DNA of 64,000 nt. Source: Gemmatimonadaceae bacterium. GTDB lineage: Bacteria > Gemmatimonadota > Gemmatimonadetes > Gemmatimonadales > Gemmatimonadaceae. Positions 32,668 through 40,628 of this stretch are shown piece after piece. The notes beneath the pieces were generated by a model. It was not told the origin of the DNA, made no database searches, and saw only the letters and a program-made list of their open reading frames with translations. Both the position numbers and the translations under genes were made by a program. The stretch covers positions 1,096 through 65,095 of the forward strand of contig DATCGM010000044.1 of assembly GCA_036508915.1 (NCBI GenBank), in the 5' to 3' direction. Position 1 is the first letter of the stretch; the number at the start of each line of letters is the position of its first letter.

Positions 32668-32820
32668 GGATTCCCGACCGTACACAGTACCCGGTTCCTT
32701 CGACCTTCTACAGGGTACGCGCGATTCGGCGCGCACCACGTTCCCTCACGCTGCACCGAATCGGCCGTACTCCGTAGAGGGTCGCAGGTAGTGAGGTACG
32801 CCGCGTACGACCGGGAATCC
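32668..32820. repeat. ~153-bp imperfect palindrome (rod-like stem-loop) between ruvA and the aminotransferase gene
   Basis: Three nested complementary blocks. GGATTCCCGACCGTAC (32668-32683) pairs with GTACGACCGGGAATCC (32805-32820). CGACCTTCTACAGG (32701-32714) pairs with CCGTAGAGGGTCG (32772-32784). CGATTCGG (32722-32729) pairs with CCGAATCG (32756-32763). Confidence 0.6.
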
Positions 32821-32855
32821 GTCAATCGCGCGGCGACGCCCCTGTGCCGCGGACC

Positions 32856-33461
32856 CTATCGTCCGCCAATTTTTGCAAGCGCCACCCGAATCAACTCCGG
32901 CGCCGTCACTCCCTTCGCACAACTCTCGATTGCGGCCCGCACCGCCTTCCCCGCGTCCGCGGCGGAATATCCCAACGACACCAGCGCCCGAATCGCGTCA
33001 TCCGTGCTCGGCCCGCCACCTCTCCCGACTCCCGATTCCACGCCGGATGCCTGCAACTGATCCAGCTTGTCGGCGAGATCGAGAATCATCTGCTCGGCCT
33101 TCTTGCGACCGACGCGCGGCACCGATTGCAGCACGGCGATGTCCTTCTCGCGTATGGCGCGCACGAGCCGGTCCGCCGTAAGCGACGAAAGCAGTCCGAG
33201 CGCGAGCGCAGGCCCAACGCCCTTGGCGCCGAGCACCTTCTGGAAGACCCGGCGCTCGTATGACGATGTGAAGCCGAAGAGCTGCCACCCGTCTTCCTTC
33301 ACCACGAGATACGTGTGCAGCATGCATCGCTCGCCGATCTTCGGCAGCGTCTCGTACGCGTTCAGCGGAACGGCGAGCTCGTACGCCACGCCGCCTTCGG
33401 TCATGATCTCGACGTGGTCGAGATCCTTCGTGATGAGCGTCCCAGCGACTTGAACAATCAT
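32856..33461 (-). CDS. ruvA: Holliday junction DNA helicase subunit RuvA
   Basis: MIVQVAGTLITKDLDHVEI...LFGF...GVGPALALGLLS...LQSVPRVGRKKAEQMILDL. ATGA overlap with the ruvC stop. Confidence 0.9.
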   Translation of the reverse strand: MIVQVAGTLITKDLDHVEIMTEGGVAYELAVPLNAYETLPKIGERCMLHTYLVVKEDGWQLFGFTSSYERRVFQKVLGAKGVGPALALGLLSSLTADRLVRAIREKDIAVLQSVPRVGRKKAEQMILDLADKLDQLQASGVESGVGRGGGPSTDDAIRALVSLGYSAADAGKAVRAAIESCAKGVTAPELIRVALAKIGGR

Positions 33462-34027
33462 GGACGGCGGGTGGTCGGCGACGGGGAGAGCAGGGATGCG
33501 GCAGCGGTCGCGCGTGAGGGTTCTCGCACGTTCCCGCTTCCGTCCATGCGCGGAATGCCTGCGCTCATGATGCAGGCGAGTGCCGCGGCAACGCCATCGG
33601 CCGCGTCGGCCGGCTGCGGTGCACTCTTCAGTCGCAGCAGGCGCGTGAGCATGAACTGCACCTGCTCCTTCGTCGCCCCACCGGTACCGACGACGCACTT
33701 CTTGATCTCCGCCGGGGCGAGCTCGTTCACGACCACACCGCGCTGTTCGGCAGCGAGCAGTATCACACCGCGCGCATGGCCCAGCACCACGGTCGTACGC
33801 ACGTTCCGCGAATAGAAGACGCCCTCGACGGAGAGCGCGTCGGGCGCATGACGCTCGATCAACTCGATGACGCCCTCGTAAATCTCGCGGAGCCGCGCCG
33901 GAAGCGGATCTCGCGCGCGAGTGCGGATGACGCCGCACTCGACCAGCGTTGGCGTCGTACCGCCGCCGCCACGAACGACGCCGTAACCCGTGTTGGCCGT
34001 GCCGGGGTCGATGCCCAGAACGAGCAC
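33458..34027 (-). CDS. ruvC: Crossover junction endodeoxyribonuclease RuvC
   Basis: (V)LVLGIDPGTANTGYGVV...EIKKCVVGTGGATKEQVQ...ADAADGVAAALC. Likely GTG start at 34027, 16 nt after the yebC stop. Confidence 0.9.
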   Translation of the reverse strand: MLVLGIDPGTANTGYGVVRGGGGTTPTLVECGVIRTRARDPLPARLREIYEGVIELIERHAPDALSVEGVFYSRNVRTTVVLGHARGVILLAAEQRGVVVNELAPAEIKKCVVGTGGATKEQVQFMLTRLLRLKSAPQPADAADGVAAALACIMSAGIPRMDGSGNVREPSRATAAASLLSPSPTTRRP

Positions 34028-34043
34028 GCTTGGTCGCCGTCGC

Positions 34044-34793
34044 CTAGAGGTCTTCCAGGTCGGCGTCGTCGACGTCGAAGTTACCCCACACCTTCTGCAC
34101 ATCGTCCAGATCCTCGAGTGCCTCGATGAGCTTGAACAGCGCGGCGACGTCGTCCTTGTTGGTCACCGGCACTGTATTCTTCGGCACCATCGCGATCTCT
34201 GCTTCGCTGGCGACGATCCCCGTCGCCTCGAGCGCGGCTTTCACCGCATACAGCGACATGGGATCGGTGGTCACGATGTAGACGTCGTCTTCGCGGCGGA
34301 AATCTTCGGCGCCCGCCTCGAGTGCCGCTTCGAGCGTGGCGTCTTCGTCGGCATGCTGCGTCGCGTCGATCTCGATCTGGCCCTTCTTGTCGAACATGAA
34401 CGCGACTGAGCCAGGCGTGCCGAGGTTACCACCGGCGCGCGAGAACTTGTGCCGCACGTCGGCGACGGTGCGCGTCGGGTTGTCCGTCATCGCGTCGATG
34501 ATCAGCGCGACGCCACCGGGGCCGTAGCCCTCGTACGACGCCTCCTGGATGTCATTCCCCTTCAGTTCACCGGTGCCGTTCTTGATGGCGCGCTCGATGT
34601 TGTCCTTCGGCAGCGACTTGGCTCGGCCCGCGTCGATTGCCAGCCGCAGACGCGCGTTCGCTGCTGGATCTCCGCCGCCGAGCTTGGCGGCCATGGTGAT
34701 CTCGCGAATGAGCTTCGTGAACAAGACACCACGCTTGGCGTCGGTTGCCGCCTTGTAGTGCTTGATGTTTTTCCATTTACTGTGGCCAGCCAT
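34044..34793 (-). CDS. yebC: YebC/PmpR-family DNA-binding regulator
   Basis: MAGHSKWKNIKHYKAATDAKRG...AKLGGGDPAANARLRLAIDAGRAKSLPKDNIERAI, canonical YebC. Confidence 0.9.
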   Translation of the reverse strand: MAGHSKWKNIKHYKAATDAKRGVLFTKLIREITMAAKLGGGDPAANARLRLAIDAGRAKSLPKDNIERAIKNGTGELKGNDIQEASYEGYGPGGVALIIDAMTDNPTRTVADVRHKFSRAGGNLGTPGSVAFMFDKKGQIEIDATQHADEDATLEAALEAGAEDFRREDDVYIVTTDPMSLYAVKAALEATGIVASEAEIAMVPKNTVPVTNKDDVAALFKLIEALEDLDDVQKVWGNFDVDDADLEDL

Positions 34794-34877
34794 AGCTCGA
34801 TCGGTCGATTCGAATGTGCAGTGGGGCGCGAAGCTCCAATATAGCCGCTCGTGAATGGACCGGGTACGGACAGATCC

Positions 34878-35121
34878 TCGCGCCGGGGCTCGAACAGCGG
34901 GAACACGGATCTTACGGATCTGAACGGATACCGCCGGATCTCTCCTCTCTCGATCAGTGGGATACGCGCACATTCCGACTCGTGAATCATTGCAATGGAG
35001 GCAAGCCTTTCGTGCTGACGGGCCGACCTCGCAAATGGAGGCCGGCCCGTCTGTGTAGTATCTGGCAATTTCCGTCGAGATCCGTTGAATCCGTGATCCC
35101 GCTGTTCGAGTCGCGGCGCGA
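34878..35121. repeat. Pair of ~45-bp inverted repeats separated by ~156 bp, just 3' of the outer-membrane protein gene and 5' of yebC
   Basis: Left core CTCGAACAGCGGGAACACGGATCTTACGGATCT (34889-34921). The reverse complement of the right core (35078-35110) is CTCGAACAGCGGGATCACGGATTCAACGGATCT, 29/33 identical. The flanks TCGCGCCG also match. The arms contain ACGGAT(C) units at 9-10 bp spacing. Confidence 0.65.
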
Positions 35122-35128
35122 CAACCGC

Positions 35129-36274
35129 TTACGGCGCAACCCTGATCGCCAACTGCGCCCGGAATCCGGTAAAATCTGCATGCACCGGAGTGCTCTGCGC
35201 GTCCAGGGTGGCGAGCTGCCCGATCGTGTACCCGACACTGGGGAACGCGGCGAGACCACCCACCCCGATTCGCGTACGAAGCCCGAAGGTGCCGAGATAG
35301 CTCGACTGCGAGCGGTCGGCCGTCGTCGTGCTTCCGCTCGTGACGCCCGGAATGTTCTGCAGCCAGTGCCGCCCTTCGATGCTTGGCTCGACGAGCGTGC
35401 CGAGCATGTGCAGCCCGATCCCGAGATAGCCGTTTGCGATGTTCTCGCGTCCTGCCGGATCGAGGGAAGCGTACTGGCCCGGCGCACGGAAGACGTTGTA
35501 TCCCGCGAGCGTAACGTCCGCGCCGGAGATTGAGTTCGTGACCACGGCCTGCGCGATGAGACGGTTGCCCGTGTTGTAGACCGAGCCGCCCGCATCGTCC
35601 TTGCCGAACGCGGAGTACGTGAGGCCGAGCGACAGGCGCCCGTTGTTCAGACCCCGATCCACGCCGACGCGCGCGCGATATTCATCGCCCGGCGTGAAAC
35701 GCAGCGTTGGTCCGGGCACGTTGTAAGGATCGTACGTCGACGAACGCCGTACCGCGCCGCCGAAACCGAAGTTCCAATCACCGAACGGACGAGCGATCGC
35801 GATGCCGCCCGTCGTCGCCAGGCCGGTGCCCATGTTCGAGATCGGGAACGCGAGAAAGTCGCTGCCGATCCGTCCCGCCGCAGTGAGCTGGTCGAGCGTG
35901 ACCGACGACTGGCCGGTGGGCAGGTTCACGCCGCCCGTGATGACCACGAAATCCGTGCCCAGCGTGAGATTGCCGCGAAGCTGCGTGTCGGTGAGACCGT
36001 TGATCTCACTCAGCGTGCTGCCCGTCGTCACCTTCGCACGTGCGTACGAGGTGCCGACGTCGAAGGTGAAGCGCGACCCGAAGGGAATGCTCACGAACAC
36101 CGGCACCGCGAGCTCGGAGATCGTCTCGTTGCTCGGCGACTTGATCTGATACTGCATGAACTGTGGTGCGAGGCGGAGCTCGCTGTCGAACACCGACTGC
36201 GCGCTCAGCGCCGGCGCGACGACGGTCGCGAGCGCGAGCGCGAGAGGGAGCAGTGTACGCATGTGCATGCTCAT
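35129..36274 (-). CDS. Outer-membrane beta-barrel protein (family unassigned)
   Basis: Signal peptide MSMHMRTLLPLALALATVVAPALSAQ. Alternating beta-strand pattern rich in G/T/Y/F/R. ATGA overlap with the upstream lipoprotein gene. Confidence 0.7.
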   Translation of the reverse strand: MSMHMRTLLPLALALATVVAPALSAQSVFDSELRLAPQFMQYQIKSPSNETISELAVPVFVSIPFGSRFTFDVGTSYARAKVTTGSTLSEINGLTDTQLRGNLTLGTDFVVITGGVNLPTGQSSVTLDQLTAAGRIGSDFLAFPISNMGTGLATTGGIAIARPFGDWNFGFGGAVRRSSTYDPYNVPGPTLRFTPGDEYRARVGVDRGLNNGRLSLGLTYSAFGKDDAGGSVYNTGNRLIAQAVVTNSISGADVTLAGYNVFRAPGQYASLDPAGRENIANGYLGIGLHMLGTLVEPSIEGRHWLQNIPGVTSGSTTTADRSQSSYLGTFGLRTRIGVGGLAAFPSVGYTIGQLATLDAQSTPVHADFTGFRAQLAIRVAP

Positions 36275-37641
36275 GGCGTCTTGGGGCGAGTAAGGAGGAT
36301 CGTGACCTTGGCCGTTCCGGTCGGGTTGTCGCTTCCCGTTCCCGCGGAAACCGGATCCTTCGAGCCAGGCTGCGACGACCCGCCGCCGCCCGTTGCACCA
36401 CCAGTCGCCACTCCGCTCGTCGACGGATTGATGTCTCCCGCCGTGTTCTGCGCCGTGTTGCCAAGCCCGCTCGGTGACGTTCCCGTCGGCGCGGTCGAGC
36501 CCTGCTGCGCCGCCGTGACGACCGCGCCCTCGCTCGTGCCCTTGAGGCCAGCTTCAACCGTCGCGGCGCTCACGTCCGTTCCGGCGGACACCGCGCGCAT
36601 CTCCTGGCTCTTCGATTGCGCAGCGCCGAAGCCCGGATCGATGCGCACGGCCTCGTTGAAGAATCGGCCCGCGTCGTCGTAGCGTCCTTCGTCTTCAGCC
36701 GTGAGTCCGCGGCTGTACGCGAGGAATGCCTGCATCGAACGCGTCGGCCGCTGCTCGATCTGCGTGCGCTCGGCCACCGTCAGCGTCACACCGAGCTGCG
36801 TGAAGAGGTCGAGCGCGAGCTTCCTCTCGAGGTTGAACAGCTGCTCGAGCTGGTCCGCCGCCTGCGCCGAGCCCTGGATCTGGCTCGTGGGGACATCGAC
36901 CACCGCCGCATCGACGCGGAGGTTCGAGCCATCGACCTGTAGAATGGCGCCCTGCACCACGCGTCCCGCGCGCACGAGCTTCCCGGCGCGCACATTGGTC
37001 GCCGCGTCGGTCGCGCCCGTCTGCTGGAGCTTGATCTCATCGAGCAGCGCCTGCATCCGCGAGCGCTCGACCAGTGTGAGCTGCGAAGAGCGCGCGAGAT
37101 CGGTTGTGAGTAGATCGGCGAAGCCGCGCTCGAGCACCCTGAGCGTGGTGTCCGCGCCGCTGAATCGAAGCGGCAGCACAGCGACCGTGCGCGGATTGCC
37201 CGGCTGCCCGGAAAGCGACGCTTCCTGCTTCACCGCGGTCTTCGCGTCGGCCGTCAGTTCCTTGCGCGTCAGCGCCGCGAGGCGCGACTGGAGCTGGCTG
37301 CGCACGCGGCTCGTCCGTCCGAACTGGATGTAAGACGAATACGCGGCCTTCGCAGCGGAAAGATCGCCGAGTGCCTCGTCGGCAAGGCCGAGATAGAGCG
37401 ACGTCGTCCCATCCCTGGGATCGATCTTCGCCGCGGTCTCGAGCGCGGCGCGCGCCTCGGAGTAGCGATTTGCCTTGTAGTAGGCGATGCCGAGTGAACG
37501 GTTCACCGCCGCCGACGTGGGGCTCGTACGCTGCTGCTGCTCCAGTCGCGTGACGGAATCGCCCGCGCTCATGCCACCAGTGGCACAGGCTGCGAGGCCA
37601 ACGACGAGCAGGGTCGAAAGAACAGGATTCAGAATACGCAT
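36271..37641 (-). CDS. Lipoprotein with TPR repeats, a central CsgG/LpoB-like domain and a G/T/S-rich disordered tail
   Basis: Lipobox LVVGLAAC. TPR-like GIAYYKANRYSEARAALETAAKIDP. CsgG-like block TVAVLPLRFSG...LLTTDLARSSQLTLVERSRMQALLDEIKLQQTG...GKLVRAGRVVQGAI. GGAGG Shine-Dalgarno sequence 7 nt before the ATG. Confidence 0.7.
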   Translation of the reverse strand: MRILNPVLSTLLVVGLAACATGGMSAGDSVTRLEQQQRTSPTSAAVNRSLGIAYYKANRYSEARAALETAAKIDPRDGTTSLYLGLADEALGDLSAAKAAYSSYIQFGRTSRVRSQLQSRLAALTRKELTADAKTAVKQEASLSGQPGNPRTVAVLPLRFSGADTTLRVLERGFADLLTTDLARSSQLTLVERSRMQALLDEIKLQQTGATDAATNVRAGKLVRAGRVVQGAILQVDGSNLRVDAAVVDVPTSQIQGSAQAADQLEQLFNLERKLALDLFTQLGVTLTVAERTQIEQRPTRSMQAFLAYSRGLTAEDEGRYDDAGRFFNEAVRIDPGFGAAQSKSQEMRAVSAGTDVSAATVEAGLKGTSEGAVVTAAQQGSTAPTGTSPSGLGNTAQNTAGDINPSTSGVATGGATGGGGSSQPGSKDPVSAGTGSDNPTGTAKVTILLTRPKTP

Positions 37642-37652
37642 GCAACCGCCTC

Positions 37653-38504
37653 CTAGCGGTCCGGGTCCAGCATGTCTTCGAATCGCATCCACTGCGCGTA
37701 GAAGTACAGATCCACGTAGCCCGTGCCGCCATTGCGATTCTTTCGCACGAGCAGCTCGGTTGCGCCCTCGATTCCCCGAGCGCTATCGTACATCCCTTCA
37801 CGGAACAGTGCGAGTACCACGTCAGCGCGTTCCTTCACCGCGCCCTGCGCACCAAAGTCGTCAAGCACGGGCCGCCGGTCATCACGCGCCGAGAGTTCGG
37901 GCAGCGGCGCGGTGACGAGGACGGCGACCCGTGCATCGAGCGCGAGCTGCTTGAGGGCGCGGATCGCGGTCGCGGCTTCCTCCTCCGACTCGCGCACCCC
38001 GGGCAGCATCGCGTGTAGTCCATCCACGACCACGAGCTTCATTCCACGCAACGCCGAGATCTCCTCGGCGATTGCGCCAACGCCACCAGAGGGCGCGCGC
38101 TCGATGATCGGCAGATCGTCTCGCAGGCGCACCGCTGCCGCGCCCACACCGGCGCGCGTTACATCGTCGAGCGTTCCGCGACGCAGGTCATCCACGCGCG
38201 TGCGTCCTTCGATCGCGAGCGCACGCTCGAGCACGCGATCGGGCAGCATCTCACCTGAATAGAAGAGCGTGTCGTGCCGCTCCTGCGAGACGCGAAGCGC
38301 CACCGCGAGAGCGAATGCGCTCTTCCCGCTGCCGACGTCTCCACCGAGCACGATGAGATCGCCACGCCGCAGTCCGCCGCCGAGCAGTTTGTCGAGACTC
38401 CGGAACCCGGAGGGTACGGTGTCGGCAGGAGAGGCCCCGTCGGCAACAGCGTCGACGCGGCCTAGCAGAAGAGACAAGGGGGAAATGTCAGCGCCGCGCG
38501 GCAT
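37653..38504 (-). CDS. DnaB C-terminal-domain-only RecA-fold ATPase (no DnaB N-terminal domain)
   Basis: Walker A GGDVGSGKSAFAL, YSGEM (DnaB H1a-like), Walker B LVVVDGLHAM, RKNRNGGTGYVDLYF and a terminal MRFEDM as in DnaB. The SQLNR motif is replaced by APLPE. 283 aa if the start is MPRGADIS. Confidence 0.75.
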   Translation of the reverse strand: MPRGADISPLSLLLGRVDAVADGASPADTVPSGFRSLDKLLGGGLRRGDLIVLGGDVGSGKSAFALAVALRVSQERHDTLFYSGEMLPDRVLERALAIEGRTRVDDLRRGTLDDVTRAGVGAAAVRLRDDLPIIERAPSGGVGAIAEEISALRGMKLVVVDGLHAMLPGVRESEEEAATAIRALKQLALDARVAVLVTAPLPELSARDDRRPVLDDFGAQGAVKERADVVLALFREGMYDSARGIEGATELLVRKNRNGGTGYVDLYFYAQWMRFEDMLDPDR

Positions 38505-38577
38505 GGCCCAAGATACGGTCCATTCCTCCGGGGTAGCAAGGAAAAAACGCGCGCCTGTTCGGAATGTTTCTGCGCGC

Positions 38578-38973
38578 TTATTCGCGGAGCGCCGCCGACA
38601 GAGTATCCAGCTCGGCCCGGGATTGTGCATCGAGATAGGATGTAGCGGCCAGCAAGAGCCCCGCGACCTCCTTTCCCACATCGGCTGGACTCCCCTCAAC
38701 ACTCAGCTCGGCACACCTCGCTACCGACCCGCGAACGGTGGCGGGGACGACGAGCGTGCCGAGCCAGGCCTTCGCGCCGGCGCATCGTCCAGCTCGGCCA
38801 GCCGGGTCGTCGTCCATCGCGGCGGTGCATTCCGCTGCCAGGCGCGCGGCGACGAAGCAAGCGAGTGCCACCTCGCGCGCTCCCCCGATGGGCGCTCGCC
38901 CGGCGAGGCTGGCCAGATGGCGAAACCGGAAGCTGGGCGCGGACAGGGCGTAGGGCGGGAGCGAAATGGGCAC
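38578..38973 (-). CDS. Hypothetical protein (131 aa from GTG, or 79 aa from the internal ATG)
   Basis: High third-position GC consistent with coding, TAA stop, first gene of the minus-strand cluster. No motif recognised. Confidence 0.35.
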   Translation of the reverse strand: MPISLPPYALSAPSFRFRHLASLAGRAPIGGAREVALACFVAARLAAECTAAMDDDPAGRAGRCAGAKAWLGTLVVPATVRGSVARCAELSVEGSPADVGKEVAGLLLAATSYLDAQSRAELDTLSAALRE

Positions 38974-39062
38974 GGAAGGAATGTGGTCTCCCGATCGCTG
39001 TGCGGCTAGCGGAGCCTATCCTTCGCGTTGCTCCCTCTATAGTGTGGGGCTACGTTTGATCC

Positions 39063-40625
39063 ATGCCGCACCAGGTGAAGGCCGTCCTCTGGGTAGACGA
39101 CGAGGCGGAACTGCTCGAGCCACATCGCATCTTCTTGCGTGACAAGGGGTTCGAAGTCGAAACCGCTACGAACGCCGACGATGCCCTGGAGCTCGTTCGG
39201 CGCCGTCCGTTCGACCTCGTGCTGCTCGACGAGCAGATACCCGGAACTCGCGGGCTCGAGGCGCTGAAGGAGTTGCGCGAGATCGAGCCCAACCTTCAGG
39301 TCGTCATGGTGACGAAGAGCGAGGAGGACGGGACGCTCACTGAGGCGCTAGGGAAGAACATCGGCGGCTATCTCGTGAAGCCGGTCACGCCGCGCCAGGT
39401 CTACGCGATGGTCGCGGGGCTCCTCGAGGGTCCACGGATCCGGCAGCAGGTCGTCGCTCGCGCGTTTGTCGACCGGTTTCGCGCCATGCAGGGCGAATCG
39501 CCGCGGGAGCTCGACTGGCGCGGCTGGATCGACCGCTATCTCGAGATGGTCCAGTGGGACCTCGACCTCACGGCGGCCAACGAGATGGGGCTGCACGAGT
39601 CGCTGCGCGGGCTCTTTCCCGAGATGCGCCGAGACTTTGCGTCCTTCATGTCACGTGCGTATCCGGACTGGCTTGCGAATCTGGAGGGCGACCGGCCGCC
39701 GCTCTCGATCGACATCGTGAGCGAGTTCCTGATGCCCGTCGTCGCGCAGGACAAGGCGGCGGCGTTCATCGTCATCGACTGCCTGCGCCTCGATCAGTGG
39801 AAGTTTCTCGAGCCCGTGCTCGCGCCGCTGTTCGACATCGAGACGACGCACTACTTCGGCGTGCTGCCGACGGCGACGCCGTATGCTCGCAATGCGCTGT
39901 TCAGCGGTCTCTTTCCCAACGAGATCGCGGCACGCTTTCCGGATTGGTGGGGCGAGCGGGAGGACGAGACGCTCAACGCGCACGAGAAGGATCTGCTCGA
40001 GGCGCATCTCGTCGAGATGGGACGCAAGGTGCCAGTGAAGTACGACAAGATCTCGTCGTCGCACGAGGCGGACGAGCTCGAGCGTCGCCTCGCGAACGCG
40101 ATCGCGCCGGAAGGGATCAGCGCGTTCGTCTTCAACTTCGTGGACCTGCTCACGCACGGCCGCTCCGAGTCGGCGATTCTCTACGAGGTGGCGCGCGACG
40201 AGATCGCGCTGCGCCAGCTCACGCTGCAATGGTTCAAGCGGTCGGCGTTGTTCAGCGTGCTGCAGGAAGCAGCGCGCCGCAAGGTCAAGGTGCTCGTGAC
40301 GAGCGATCACGGCTCGATCCACTGCCACACCCCGGCGACCGTGTTCGCGAAGCGCGACGCGACGCAGAATCTTCGCTACAAGTTCGGCGAGGATCTGCGC
40401 GCGGAGAATCCCGATCTCGCGCTGTTGTTCAAGAATGAAGACGCGCTCAAGCTGCCGCGCCGGGGCCTCGGCGCGAACACGCTGCTTGCCGCCGGCGACA
40501 GCTTCTTCGTCTACCCAACGAAGCTGCGCGAGTATCAGAGCAGGTATCGCGGCTCGTTTCTGCATGGCGGCGTCACGCCCGAGGAGTGCATCCTCCCCGT
40601 GTCGCTTCTGACTCCGAAGCGCTAG
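39063..40625 (+). CDS. PorX-like response regulator: REC domain fused to a PglZ/alkaline-phosphatase-like domain
   Basis: REC with VLWVDDE...DLVLLDEQIPG...LVKPV. PglZ-type motifs follow: IVIDCLRLDQW, GVLPTATPYARNALFSG, VTSDHGSIHC and FLHGGVTPEE. 520 aa, similar in size to PorX. Confidence 0.85.
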   Translation: MPHQVKAVLWVDDEAELLEPHRIFLRDKGFEVETATNADDALELVRRRPFDLVLLDEQIPGTRGLEALKELREIEPNLQVVMVTKSEEDGTLTEALGKNIGGYLVKPVTPRQVYAMVAGLLEGPRIRQQVVARAFVDRFRAMQGESPRELDWRGWIDRYLEMVQWDLDLTAANEMGLHESLRGLFPEMRRDFASFMSRAYPDWLANLEGDRPPLSIDIVSEFLMPVVAQDKAAAFIVIDCLRLDQWKFLEPVLAPLFDIETTHYFGVLPTATPYARNALFSGLFPNEIAARFPDWWGEREDETLNAHEKDLLEAHLVEMGRKVPVKYDKISSSHEADELERRLANAIAPEGISAFVFNFVDLLTHGRSESAILYEVARDEIALRQLTLQWFKRSALFSVLQEAARRKVKVLVTSDHGSIHCHTPATVFAKRDATQNLRYKFGEDLRAENPDLALLFKNEDALKLPRRGLGANTLLAAGDSFFVYPTKLREYQSRYRGSFLHGGVTPEECILPVSLLTPKR

Positions 40626-40628
40626 CCC

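Noticed and set aside
38955-38985. Possible sigma-54 promoter (GGGCACGGAAGGAATG) in the divergent region between the two envelope operons
   Set aside because: The -12 element TTGC is absent at the required spacing, so only the GGCACG half matches. I found no other convincing TGGCAC-N5-TTGC site in the intergenic regions I scanned.
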